Shown in pieces: positions 10,244-20,466 of a DNA stretch of 64,000 nucleotides. The notes below the pieces were generated by a model that saw only the letters and a program-made list of their open reading frames with translations, did not search any database and had not been told where the DNA came from. The translations under genes were made by a program, and so were the position numbers. The DNA is from a bacterium (GTDB lineage Bacteria; Hinthialibacterota; Hinthialibacteria; Hinthialibacterales; Hinthialibacteraceae), in NCBI GenBank assembly GCA_963663405.2, contig CAXXSM010000088.1, forward strand, positions 34,360-98,359, given 5' to 3'. How positions within the stretch are numbered: the stretch's first letter is position 1; each line of letters starts with the position of its first letter.

Positions 10244-11842
10244 CTACCGATACACCCGATAATCAATCTCCTGAAAGATCGTATCTTTCCATTCAAGGCC
10301 GTTGAGGTAATCTTCGTCGATGGTGTTGGATTGTATTTGGCCATAGAGGGTGTTGAAGCGGTGGACGTGGTCGCGGGTGCGGCGGTTGGCGTAGGGGACG
10401 GCGGTGTTGGTGGTCATGATGAACGCCCAATCGCTGCTCTGGGCTAGAAGGAGTTCACGGGCGGCCTGGTTGAGGGCGCGTTTCTTTTTACCGCGCGCGT
10501 TTGGATTCGCTTCGGCGAGTTCGACCATGCGCGTTTCGCATTCATGCAGGTGCCGGTAGATCCAATCGTTGCTGCCATTGAGCCAAACCTCGTAATACCC
10601 CTTGTCGCCCCAAGACGAGGGCGCGGGTTGGATTGACTGCAACAATGGATGCGCCTTCAAATATTCGCTGGGTGTGATGGGACGGATCTCATCCTGATCC
10701 CACGCCATCTTGCGGAAGAGATATTCGATAAACATCGGCCCCTCAAACCACCAATGCCCAAACAACTCCGCGTCATACGGCGCGACGACGATCGGCGGAC
10801 GATCAAGGAACTTGCGAAGATACTGGACCTGCTGCTGCCGGTTGAAAAGAAAATTCCCAGCGTGACTCGCCGCTTTCTCGCGGGCGGCTTCGGGATTGTA
10901 TGGCTGTTTCTGGGATAGATCGATCCCGTTCCCCGTGATGCGGTGATACTTGAAACCAATGTTGCGGCGCACGCCATCGCCGTGCAGATAGGGTTTGATA
11001 TAGTTATAAGGCGCGTCGTATCCCAGATCGCGGTAAAACTCGCGGTAATCGAAATCGCCTGGATACCCCGAATCGCGGCTCCAGACCTGTTTGGAGGATT
11101 CCATATCCCGCGCGAACGCGGCTACATTCGCCGGGGCTAAAACCGGCGCGTAGACGCCATACTTGGGCCGGGGCGCGCCAAAGAGAATCCCATGCGAATC
11201 CATGAAGAAAAAGTCGATCCCCGCTTCGGAAAGGTAATCGTCTACTCCCAAATCGTACGCGCACTCCGCCAGCCAGATCCCGCGCGGCGGCCGTCCAAAG
11301 TGTTTTTGATAGTTGTTCTTGGCCACCATAATCTGCGCCCGGATCGCGTTCGGCGTCAGCATCAAGGGCAGAAATCCATGCGTGGCGCAGCAGGTGATGA
11401 TTTCAAGAACGCCCTCGTCCTGAAAACGCTTGAACGCTTCGGTGAGATTACGATGATAAGTCTCCCGGAAGACGGAGAGAGAGCGCTGGATGATGTGTTG
11501 TTGCATCTTCGCGCTTTCATGAAACTCCGCGTGGGCTTTCTTAGAGGTGCGCTGGACTTCCTTCTCGGCCAACTCCGCGTATTTTTCGAGAATGCGCTCA
11601 TACCGGTCCTGCAGCAACGGATCGGCCAGCATCTCCGAAAGCGTCGGCGTGACCGTCATGGTGACGCGGAAATTCGTGTTATCGTTGACCATGCGGTCAA
11701 ACGCGTCCAAAAGTGGAATGTACGTTTCCGTCATGGCTTCGAACAGCCAGTCTTCCTCCAAGAACTCCTCATGTTCTGGATGGCGGATGAAAGGTAAATG
11801 GGCGTGAAGGACTAAGTTTAAATAGCCGGCCGGTTCGGACAT
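10244..11842 (-). CDS. GH57 1,4-alpha-glucan branching enzyme (DUF1957)
   Basis: LVLHAHLPF, ETYIPLL, THGFLPL, GIWLAECAY, PYDAELFGHWWFEG and ARELLLAQSSDWAF motifs. Confidence 0.95.
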   Translation of the reverse strand: MSEPAGYLNLVLHAHLPFIRHPEHEEFLEEDWLFEAMTETYIPLLDAFDRMVNDNTNFRVTMTVTPTLSEMLADPLLQDRYERILEKYAELAEKEVQRTSKKAHAEFHESAKMQQHIIQRSLSVFRETYHRNLTEAFKRFQDEGVLEIITCCATHGFLPLMLTPNAIRAQIMVAKNNYQKHFGRPPRGIWLAECAYDLGVDDYLSEAGIDFFFMDSHGILFGAPRPKYGVYAPVLAPANVAAFARDMESSKQVWSRDSGYPGDFDYREFYRDLGYDAPYNYIKPYLHGDGVRRNIGFKYHRITGNGIDLSQKQPYNPEAAREKAASHAGNFLFNRQQQVQYLRKFLDRPPIVVAPYDAELFGHWWFEGPMFIEYLFRKMAWDQDEIRPITPSEYLKAHPLLQSIQPAPSSWGDKGYYEVWLNGSNDWIYRHLHECETRMVELAEANPNARGKKKRALNQAARELLLAQSSDWAFIMTTNTAVPYANRRTRDHVHRFNTLYGQIQSNTIDEDYLNGLEWKDTIFQEIDYRVYR

Positions 11843-11845
11843 AAT

Positions 11846-12514
11846 CTACGCCTTCTCTTCCTTTGAGAACTTGATGTAACGCATCGCGAAAAATCCCACC
11901 GCGACGAGGACTAACATTCCTAATAAGAATTTATCAAAATGTTTCAACAGGGGCTGCGCCTGCTCACCAAAGAAATACAACACCGTTCCAACGAGAAAAA
12001 AGCGTCCCGCGCGGCCAACGATCGAGATGAGGATGAACGGCCAGAAGCGGATCCGGCATAACCCACCGGCGATGGTGAATATCTTGTAAGGCAATGGCGT
12101 AAACGCCGCGACCAGCACCGCCCATACATCATATTTTTGATAATAGGACTCCACCATCTCAAATTTCTCGCGGTCAAAGATCCAACGGAACCAGCGGACC
12201 GAAACCAGCCATTCCACAATCGGACGGCCGCCGTACATTCCAATCGCGTAACCCAGCATAGCGCCCAACACAGAACCGATCGTGCAGATCAGCGCCAATT
12301 GATACGCCATGGACGGCTTGGCGACGGCCATTAAGATCATCGGGATATCGGGAGGAATCAAAAAGAAAGACGACTCAGTGAACGCGATCGCCCACAAAGC
12401 CCATAACGCATGTTGGGTGAATTCCCCTCCTGCATCACTAAAGAATTCGTCCATTCCACCAAACCAGAAAACAAGAGATTCTCTCCTTTCGGTATTCGCC
12501 GTCAGATTGGGCAA
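11846..12514 (-). CDS. YqaA/DedA (VTT/SNARE-associated) membrane protein; likely start ATG 12454
   Basis: AFTESSFFLIPPD, GSVLGAMLGYAIG, FTPLPYKIFTIAGG and GRAGRF motifs. Confidence 0.9.
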   Translation of the reverse strand: MPNLTANTERRESLVFWFGGMDEFFSDAGGEFTQHALWALWAIAFTESSFFLIPPDIPMILMAVAKPSMAYQLALICTIGSVLGAMLGYAIGMYGGRPIVEWLVSVRWFRWIFDREKFEMVESYYQKYDVWAVLVAAFTPLPYKIFTIAGGLCRIRFWPFILISIVGRAGRFFLVGTVLYFFGEQAQPLLKHFDKFLLGMLVLVAVGFFAMRYIKFSKEEKA

Positions 12515-12593
12515 TTAAACGTTAAGTGTAATGCGCGTGGATCGAAACGCTAACCCCTAGCGCAATATTGGATGGATGGAATAAATTGGGCGG

Positions 12594-15113
12594 CTAGAAA
12601 AGGTTCCACATATCAATTGACGTTGCGGGAGGATGGTCAGAATTATTGTTGTTGTGGATGGATAAGGTGATCCTCTTTTGGCTGGACACTCCCTGAGTAT
12701 CTGTTACCTCAGTTTCTAACAAACACTCACCATCATTCAGCAATTGTGTATTTAAATCAAAAAAGTAAACGGCTTCTCGCAGGGGTGGATCAAAAATGAA
12801 TTCCCCATCGATCCCCTCTGTTTCCGGATTGTCAAAAACCATCCCATTCACCTTACAAGTAATGCGGGACACATCATTCACGCTGGCTCCATAGATTTGA
12901 ATCGGAATCGTTCCAGAGAGATCTTCCGTGTTGTATGGCGAAAGAAAAAACGCGCGTGGTATTCCACTGGGAAATCGCATTCCAGTGGCGCAGAGCGCGA
13001 ATAACTGAGACGGTCCTTGGTTAACTTGGCCATTGACTTGAATCGTATAGGTTCCTGGCTGGGGAATCTCGATATACACCTGCTCTATATTATCTCGATG
13101 GTTTTCTTGGTTCTGACGCGCCGATTGGGAAGGATTGGAAGGATCGAGAGTCCAAGGATAATGGATTCCTTCCGGCCCGATGATAGAAAGGTCGAGATCG
13201 TTGATTAAATTACCCGTGTTATCATCGACTCCTCCCGCTATAGGAATCGCAGGGGGATCGCTCCAAGCGATTGTCACTTTGATAGGGCCGGAGCCAACAT
13301 AATCACCAGTATATTCCAACGGTGTCTCTCGGTACGAATCGAGTTCAATCCGGCGCCCATACCGGCTATGCTCGCTCAGGAAATCAGCCGCCGCCCGCGC
13401 GTCGAGTAATCCCCAACCAAAGCGGTAATCCGGACCCGGTTTAGCGAAACCGGAATAAATCGCGGTATGGATCATCAAGCATTTAATAAACGCCGCGCTG
13501 GGATCCATGTTCTCGAATTTCTGACGGAACAACTGAACAAGACAAGCGGCCGCTCCAGTCACGACGGGAGCGGAAGAAGAGGTTCCGGATAGCCGATCAT
13601 AATGAGTGTCCGAATCAGCGCCCATTGATAGAAGCTTATATCCATTCGCGGTCAGATCCGGTTTGATCCGTCCATCATCGGTAGGCCCCCAGCTGGAGAA
13701 CGAAGTCATCGTTGAATCATACGGAGCCGGGGGTTCGTGCGTCAGATCAACGACAGCGCCAACCGTGATGATGTTTTTAGCGACGCCGATTGGATTGATT
13801 GTATCGTATCCAAGATCGTTATAGGGAATGACCGTTTGTGAATCAGCGCTGGATTGCATTGCGCCACCCAGCGATCCCATCGGGAATGCCCCCAAACTGT
13901 TTCGCTGATTTCCCGCCGCCGCAATGGAGATGATATTATGTTCTCGAACAATCTGGTCGAAGGCGCCGTTTTTGTATTGATAGCGGCCCAAGAGATGCGA
14001 TTCGTATGGGCTGAGTTTCGGGTTTCCGTACCAGTTCCATTGCATCGACAATTCGTTGTAATTCCACCCCACACTGGTCGCGTAAGAATGGTTGGATACG
14101 GAAATCAGATCTGCGTTCTGTTCCATCTCATTCAAATCATTATGATATGACCAGCAGTATAACATCGCGTTTGGGGCCATACCCTGCGCTTGAAGATTCC
14201 CCGCCCCGCTTCCAGCAATGGTTCCCGCCACGTGAGTTGAGTGAAAAAAAGGCCCTGTGTCTCTATCAATATTGACGGCGCGCCCACGGATCTGTTCGTG
14301 AGTGCTTCGTATTGTTCCGGTATCCCATAAGCCGATATTGACGCCGGTTCCATCCAAATCATATCCGCTAATGCCTCCAGGATGGATTTCATCGATATTT
14401 GACGTGTCTTGCGCGTCCAGGTTACAAGGCCGGAGAGGGGGATCGGTTTCAGTAATGAGAAATATAGACTCTTCCACCGCCAATCCACGTATGTTTTGTG
14501 AGTGAATGGAGACAGAATTCAGAGTTTGATGATAATCGAATGTATCGCGCGTTGTTTCTATTATGGCTCCATACGTTTGAAGAACCGCTGAGGCATCTGA
14601 AAAAGACGTGTCAGAAAAGAACAGAATTTTCACATTAATCGGATTAGTGTTTTGAGGATACAAAGAACTAGAAGATGCTGATTCTTCGATCTCAGACCGT
14701 AAAGAGGCGTCTATTTTCGCTTCTAAAGGGATCTCAATAATTCCATTTAGCAAATCAAATTGCTCTAAAGAGTAAAGCGCGTTTTCATCGGCCCAGATGA
14801 AATACGCGTTTGTGGGGATATATTGAATGAAGCGGATACCTGCATCTATAAGTGGTTTCCGATCGCTTGGCGTTAAGGGACGTTTGAATTGAACGAGAAA
14901 ATGATGGGTACTGGATTTGGCTTGAAACGATCGCAATGACGTTTTTTGAGTAATAGAGAAATTCTTCCCCGCTAATCGAATCGATTCCTCTTTCGCCATA
15001 ATCCCACTCGGAACGAGAGCGATCAGGAAAATAGAAAGCAGATAATGAATCGATAAATGCCAAACTTGTGTTGGCCATGTTTGTTTCATATAAACCATCA
15101 TGAGTGAGATCAC
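12594..15113 (-). CDS. Secreted S8 (subtilisin-like) serine peptidase with C-terminal Ig-like domain
   Basis: Catalytic triad motifs IGLWDTG, HSTHVAGTIAG and SGTSSSAP, plus AAAGN and FSSWGPTDDGRIKPD. C-terminus is PPATSIDMWNLF. The start is uncertain (ATG 15089 is plausible). Confidence 0.92.
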   Translation of the reverse strand: MISLMMVYMKQTWPTQVWHLSIHYLLSIFLIALVPSGIMAKEESIRLAGKNFSITQKTSLRSFQAKSSTHHFLVQFKRPLTPSDRKPLIDAGIRFIQYIPTNAYFIWADENALYSLEQFDLLNGIIEIPLEAKIDASLRSEIEESASSSSLYPQNTNPINVKILFFSDTSFSDASAVLQTYGAIIETTRDTFDYHQTLNSVSIHSQNIRGLAVEESIFLITETDPPLRPCNLDAQDTSNIDEIHPGGISGYDLDGTGVNIGLWDTGTIRSTHEQIRGRAVNIDRDTGPFFHSTHVAGTIAGSGAGNLQAQGMAPNAMLYCWSYHNDLNEMEQNADLISVSNHSYATSVGWNYNELSMQWNWYGNPKLSPYESHLLGRYQYKNGAFDQIVREHNIISIAAAGNQRNSLGAFPMGSLGGAMQSSADSQTVIPYNDLGYDTINPIGVAKNIITVGAVVDLTHEPPAPYDSTMTSFSSWGPTDDGRIKPDLTANGYKLLSMGADSDTHYDRLSGTSSSAPVVTGAAACLVQLFRQKFENMDPSAAFIKCLMIHTAIYSGFAKPGPDYRFGWGLLDARAAADFLSEHSRYGRRIELDSYRETPLEYTGDYVGSGPIKVTIAWSDPPAIPIAGGVDDNTGNLINDLDLSIIGPEGIHYPWTLDPSNPSQSARQNQENHRDNIEQVYIEIPQPGTYTIQVNGQVNQGPSQLFALCATGMRFPSGIPRAFFLSPYNTEDLSGTIPIQIYGASVNDVSRITCKVNGMVFDNPETEGIDGEFIFDPPLREAVYFFDLNTQLLNDGECLLETEVTDTQGVSSQKRITLSIHNNNNSDHPPATSIDMWNLF

Positions 15114-15184
15114 AATGCATAAATGAAAATGAGTTGCAGTAAATATCTCGAAAGAGTAAGCCTTAGGAACTCATTTTTATATAA
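15084..15184 (+). repeat. Dispersed ~91-bp hairpin repeat, copy A (core 15123..15180)
   Basis: Linker TAAACCATCATGAGTGAGATCACAATGCAT followed by core ATGAAAATGAGTT...AACTCATTTTTAT. Confidence 0.85.
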
Positions 15185-15331
15185 AGGATTAACACTTCTC
15201 TTCTTGTTTTAAGAAAAAGATTTTAGTATAAGGGTTATTAGTGAAGTATATCAAATTAATAGTTTTGCGCCAAAACGGTGGAAGGGATTTTACAAATGCT
15301 TACAAAAGCAGGAAGAAGTTAAAATATACAT

Positions 15332-17212
15332 TTAGACGGAGGGCATGGACAAGACTTTATCACGGGCGTCGGCAATTTTGCGCAGGTCATCGGTTAGCAT
15401 TAAACCCAAGCCGGTTAGCGCGTCTCGAATCGACTCGAAATCAGTTGACGTAAGATGAATAATATTAGGAAGGTTCTTAACGCTTGAACGAATTGAATTT
15501 GACATATCCGCCACGCTTTGACTCATCTTGTCCGCATAGGTTTTCAAGAGTTCGTGACTGGGGAGCAAGACAATCACATCGGCGTCGAATTTCACATATT
15601 CCATGAGCTGACGCAACGAATCCCCCATGCTTTTCCCTTTTTCTGTAATGTACTTGCGTCCATCAGCGACGGCAGTGGATATTTTTTCCGATGTGTCAAC
15701 AACATTCGCGCCAAGCTCACTAAGGAAGGTTTCGAGCATCTGCTGAAGCCGTTTAGACGCTCCGATCGACGAAACAGTTATCCGTTTTCCAAGAAGTGAA
15801 TGCAGACTCTTGGGTAAATCGGTTTGCAACGGCTGCAATAAAGCCTGACGCAGTTCCTCTTCATATGGTTTGTTTTTCTTATGCCAATTCCGAAGAACGT
15901 AATGGCCCGCGCCGCGAAGAAAAAATTCCATCCAATCCCCACGGATTAACCGTGCGAACGCCCGCTTCAAGGAATAGAAATCTCTCATGGCCACCATACT
16001 TTCTACCTGGAGCTCATACGGGGTCATTTTGGCGGGAACGTGGACGACGTGGTGACCATCATATTTAGTCCAATCCCTCGTTATCAAGGCGCGTTTATTA
16101 TCCTGAAAGGCCTTAAAATCTCTCGATCCAGGAATCGGGGTCAACACCATCAATTGAAGAGTATCAATATGATGTTTTTTCGCAAACTTGAGTGTTTCCC
16201 TGATGGTCGCCACATCATCTTCATCAGAGCCTAGAACAAACATCCCATGAATTTTCACATTATAACTGTGGAATGTTTCGATCGCTTCAACAATGTTGTC
16301 TAAGGTTTCTTTTTTATTATACAATTCAAGCGTTTTGGGATTAATAGATTCAAAACCGACGTAAACACGGTCGCAATTGGAGCGGCGCATCAATTCAAGC
16401 ATTTCCTTGTCGCGGCAGGCTTCATGCCGCACTTGCGCCCCCCAGCTTGGTGTCAGTTTATTTTCAATCATCCCACGAAGGATCTGTTTCACCCGTTGAC
16501 GGTTCCAATTGAAACAATCATCGACGAAGAACAAGTAATGCGCCCGGCTATTATGAGTATAATGAAACTCCACCTCTTTCAGTACCCGTTCAACGGACAT
16601 GGCCCTGTATTTTCTGCCATTAAAAGCAGTCACCGAACAGAATGAACAGTCACAGGGACATCCCCGGCTGGTACAAACACAGACGACACTCATATTCGGA
16701 ACTCCGCGCGCCAAGCGGAAATCCGGAATGGGATTTTTATTGAGATCGTGTGGCAATGGACAGTCTAGATTGTGTTGTATCTTCCCCTCTTTCCAATAGG
16801 AGAGTCCTGGAATCTTCTCGTAATCCCCATCACTTGAGAAGGCTTGCATGAAATCAACGATAGATTCATCCGCCTCCCCGCGAAGAATGAAATCCGCATG
16901 TTCGAGCGCTTCTTCCGCCAGGAACGTCACATGCGTGCCTCCCATGATGACAGGAATTCCCATGGCCCGGATCCGGTCGGCGAGGGCGTATGAATACGGG
17001 GCTGTGGAACTTAACGCCGAAATTCCAACTAAATCGGCATTCTTAACGATATCAAAATCGAGCGGCGCAATATCTTCGATGTATACATCAACATGGTACC
17101 CGAGTTCGTGGAGAATTGAACCAAGCTGAATTGATCCCAGGCGGGGTATATGAACATCGCTGAAAACATGGTAATTCGGGGCTTTTGTTTCGATAAGAAC
17201 AATTCGTTTCAT
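15332..17212 (-). CDS. B12-binding domain radical SAM protein with a C-terminal extension
   Basis: N-terminal cobalamin-binding region (DLVGIS, VIMGGTHVT, RGEAD), TSRGCPCDCSFC (CxxxCxxC), FFVDD, VYVGFES, HGMFVLG, and ~150 extra C-terminal residues. Confidence 0.9.
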   Translation of the reverse strand: MKRIVLIETKAPNYHVFSDVHIPRLGSIQLGSILHELGYHVDVYIEDIAPLDFDIVKNADLVGISALSSTAPYSYALADRIRAMGIPVIMGGTHVTFLAEEALEHADFILRGEADESIVDFMQAFSSDGDYEKIPGLSYWKEGKIQHNLDCPLPHDLNKNPIPDFRLARGVPNMSVVCVCTSRGCPCDCSFCSVTAFNGRKYRAMSVERVLKEVEFHYTHNSRAHYLFFVDDCFNWNRQRVKQILRGMIENKLTPSWGAQVRHEACRDKEMLELMRRSNCDRVYVGFESINPKTLELYNKKETLDNIVEAIETFHSYNVKIHGMFVLGSDEDDVATIRETLKFAKKHHIDTLQLMVLTPIPGSRDFKAFQDNKRALITRDWTKYDGHHVVHVPAKMTPYELQVESMVAMRDFYSLKRAFARLIRGDWMEFFLRGAGHYVLRNWHKKNKPYEEELRQALLQPLQTDLPKSLHSLLGKRITVSSIGASKRLQQMLETFLSELGANVVDTSEKISTAVADGRKYITEKGKSMGDSLRQLMEYVKFDADVIVLLPSHELLKTYADKMSQSVADMSNSIRSSVKNLPNIIHLTSTDFESIRDALTGLGLMLTDDLRKIADARDKVLSMPSV

Positions 17213-17313
17213 GGGATCGATTTCCTTTTACCAATTACAGAGTGAATATAACTATGTCTGGTCATCATTAAGCGGTGGGCGCCGCGTTTCCCACATACAT
17301 ACCAAGACAAGCC

Positions 17314-17405
17314 AACCATCATGATTTGAGATCACAACTGCAAATGAAAATGAGTTGCGGGAGAAATCTCGAACAAGAAATCCTTCTAATTTCATTTTCA
17401 TATAA
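17314..17405 (+). repeat. Dispersed ~91-bp hairpin repeat, copy B (core 17344..17401)
   Basis: AACCATCATGATTTGAGATCACAACTGCAA followed by ATGAAAATGAGTTGCGGGAGAAATCTC...TTTCATTTTCAT. Confidence 0.85.
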
Positions 17406-17476
17406 TAGATATTTCATTTTGAATGATTCAGGAAGAGAATTCAATGGGACTAGAGGTGGGTTTTTAGCAAAGGATC

Positions 17477-18142
17477 TCAGGACGCTGCGCGTTTATAGAG
17501 AATCGTTTTCAGAGCGTATCGGCCAAAAATAGAATCGATTTTGATCTCATCGCCTTCGATTCCGTCGAGTTGGTTCAAGAAATCGAAGAGTTCCGGTTGA
17601 TGTTTAACATGAAATTTGGAGAGCCACCATGTCAACAATTTCCGGAACCAAGCGGGGAGATCCTGCTGATCCCAAAAATCAACGATGCCTAATTGACCGC
17701 CTGATTTCAGATTGGCCAGCGCCGTTTGGATGGCTTCCCGCCAGGGAGGAATCATGGAGAGCGAATAAGAAAAAAAGATACTATCAAACGGCGCGTCAAG
17801 ACCAAAGGTTTTCTTGTAATCCAACTGTTCCGCCAAGCACGGTTGAAGATGAATCCGATGATCCATCCCCGCGCGGACAGCCATTTTTTCGGCTGTTTTC
17901 AACATTTCTTCGGACGCGTCTAAGCCATACAGCTCTATATCCGGATGCATCTTTCCAAGAAGAATCAGATTGCGCGCCGTCCCGCAACCCATCTCAAGAA
18001 TCCGGTCGCCGGGTTTCACATCCATCTCACGAATCAACGCATCCCGGCCCAAAAGATAGTATTTCCTCGTGAGATCGTAGAAATACCGCTGATAGCGGTA
18101 CATTCGATCCATTTTTTCAGATTGATCGGTTGTTTTGTTCAT
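17477..18142 (-). CDS. btaB: SAM:diacylglycerylhomoserine N-methyltransferase (betaine lipid synthesis)
   Basis: MDRMYRYQRYFYDLTRKYYLLGRD, ILEMGCGTARNL, FFSYSLSMIPPW and WLSKFHV motifs. Lies directly downstream of btaA. Confidence 0.9.
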   Translation of the reverse strand: MNKTTDQSEKMDRMYRYQRYFYDLTRKYYLLGRDALIREMDVKPGDRILEMGCGTARNLILLGKMHPDIELYGLDASEEMLKTAEKMAVRAGMDHRIHLQPCLAEQLDYKKTFGLDAPFDSIFFSYSLSMIPPWREAIQTALANLKSGGQLGIVDFWDQQDLPAWFRKLLTWWLSKFHVKHQPELFDFLNQLDGIEGDEIKIDSIFGRYALKTILYKRAAS

Positions 18143-18184
18143 GTTCTACGATTCACAATTTTTTCTATTAATTGGGATTTATTA

Positions 18185-19405
18185 TTAATTCGTTTTGACA
18201 TAGAGATGAAATCCACCATAAATCGCGGAGCGGTCTTTTTGGAAAAGTTCTTGGGAACGTTCTTCTTCGTAGGTGAATTGTTTCCTCAATTCATAGGGCA
18301 ACGCTGTTTCGACAGGAGATTGATCGGAAGCGGTGCGAAAGATGATGCGGCTTCCCAATTGACCGGTTCTTGCGACTTCGGCCCATAATTCCGTTATTGT
18401 ATCCGCGTCCATCCAATCCTGTGAATCCAAAAAGATGAACCGGTTGACACTATCATCCGGCTGACTTTTTAGAAACTCCGTAGTGGAGATCAGCTGCAAT
18501 GTCACTCGATTTATATTCTCTTTGATTGTTTCGTAATACTCTTCTTTCAGATAATCAGGAACCGCGATCCGCCGTTCGGTGTCGTATTTCAGCGCGAACG
18601 CTTGCCATGCGTAGTAATTTTCTTCGATTGGAAATTGGAAAGTAAGACGTTTAATCCGCTCTCGATAGAGTTCGTTCAACCGGCCGTTCGATTCTCTTTT
18701 CATGGCTTCAAACTGTCGGGGAGGGATGCCAAGGCTGTAGAATAGAAACGGCATTCGGCCTAGTGATTTCACAAACCAATGGTCGAAGAAGGGAGCGATC
18801 TTGTTGAAGACCTCTTCCCGTGTTTCGGCGTCGGGCGCTTCGAGAAGAAGTTGGGGATCGTCTCCAAATTGTTTGGCGGCCCAATGCGCGAAACGGATGA
18901 AATACCCCATCGCGCCAAACCGGTAGACGTTTTTGCTGAAATAATTGATGCGCGCTTTCCAGAACCAACCCTCTCTATCCCAATACCGGCGCGTGGCGGC
19001 GTCCAGATGGGGTTGGATGTACATATAATAATTATCTAAGTTATTCCGCTTATCCGCATGCCCATAAAAATCGAAAAAATCCTCATAGGTTGGAAGATAT
19101 TTCAACGCGGTCAGTTTTAATCTTGTAAAATAGATATGGTATTGATTGAGATCGACCGCGCAGATTTGATGGGGTACGGCAGTTAAATAGTTGAGGATGT
19201 TGCAACCCCCGGAAGAGATCGTTAATAGGCGGCTTTTAGAATCAAGTTCCATTGCTTTCAAATCGACTCGCGGATCTTCCCATATTTGAGTGTAGACCAA
19301 TCCGTCAAACCAATACGCAAATAAACGTTCTAAGATTCCTTCTTTACTCGTGATCTGGCTGTGCTCGACAGCCTGCCTAATCATACTCGAAGAATTCACA
19401 TTCAT
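18185..19405 (-). CDS. btaA: SAM:diacylglycerol 3-amino-3-carboxypropyltransferase (DUF3419)
   Basis: LVYTQIWEDPRVD, ISSGGCN, VDLN, SLGIPPRQ, NYYAWQAF, LDSQDWM and DRSAIYGGFHLY motifs. Confidence 0.92.
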   Translation of the reverse strand: MNVNSSSMIRQAVEHSQITSKEGILERLFAYWFDGLVYTQIWEDPRVDLKAMELDSKSRLLTISSGGCNILNYLTAVPHQICAVDLNQYHIYFTRLKLTALKYLPTYEDFFDFYGHADKRNNLDNYYMYIQPHLDAATRRYWDREGWFWKARINYFSKNVYRFGAMGYFIRFAHWAAKQFGDDPQLLLEAPDAETREEVFNKIAPFFDHWFVKSLGRMPFLFYSLGIPPRQFEAMKRESNGRLNELYRERIKRLTFQFPIEENYYAWQAFALKYDTERRIAVPDYLKEEYYETIKENINRVTLQLISTTEFLKSQPDDSVNRFIFLDSQDWMDADTITELWAEVARTGQLGSRIIFRTASDQSPVETALPYELRKQFTYEEERSQELFQKDRSAIYGGFHLYVKTN

Positions 19406-19466
19406 GACTCATCCTTATACTGAATCTGGAGTGCATAAAAGAAGTAATTTCAATCGTTAATTCAAT

Positions 19467-20466
19467 CTAGGCGAGGTTTGGATTCTGCAATAATTTTTCA
19501 ATTTTATGCGCCATTCTATTCTGTGAGCGAAGGTATAGATAGGAGCAGATACCGGTTTTGGCGAGTTTAAGTGAAAACGATTCCAAAACGGGGAAAATCT
19601 TAGGATAATCCTGAGATGTGTTATTGGCAAGAAAATTAATTCCTCCATCCACAAGGCGGATACCCGTGATCCGTGTTTTCTCCCATGTGCTGTCATCCAA
19701 ACTGAAAAGAATATCGATCCAACAAGCGATTTCATTGTTTAAATTCTTGAGAGTGAGATCTTGTGGAACGATCATCGAATGGCCTTCCACGATATTGTTG
19801 AAATACTCTTGGAACGTATCCCCTTTCGAAAGAGTATACGCGGCGCCGATATTTCCAATGTGCGTATCGGTCGCGGGCCATAATCCCCTTATTGTATTTC
19901 GAAGCCAGCCAGAGGGCCAGCATGTTTTTCTTCCGTACCCGTTTCATGTTGTATTCAACAACGGGAAACAGTTCGATAATATCTTCCGGCGCGCGGTAAT
20001 TCGGCTTGTCCTTCGCAGCGAACCAGAAAGGATGATTGTAGACATAAGGAAGATTTTGATCTTGAAGATAGGCGATAAAGGTTTCGATATTTCGATCGGT
20101 TTGGGCGATGCGCTTCAATTCATTGAACTGGGATTTATCAAGTTGATAGACATTGATATGCAACGTATGTCCCACTCGAATGGGATCGTTGAAACTGATT
20201 TCGACTCCCGTAATCAGCCGTTCCCGTTCCCAACCTATGATATCATACGCTTTCATCGTATCATGATCGGTAATAGCGATATATCGAAATTCTTTTTTCT
20301 TCGCTTTTTGATAAATGGCTTCCGGGTGGAATTCAGGCGCGGGAAGAACGTCATTCGAACATGAGGAATGAACATGCAAATCGGCGGCTTGCCATCCTTC
20401 CTGGATCAAATTGTTGCCTCCTTCATGATCCAGCATCCGGTCTCGATATGTTTTCGGAAGGAACAT
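19467..20466 (-). CDS. PHP-domain (polymerase/histidinol phosphatase) metallophosphoesterase, one frameshift near 19875
   Basis: DLHVHS, ITDHDT, TGVEI, HINVY and NHPFW. After the frameshift, the TDTH motif continues into ORF 19467..19790. Confidence 0.8.
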
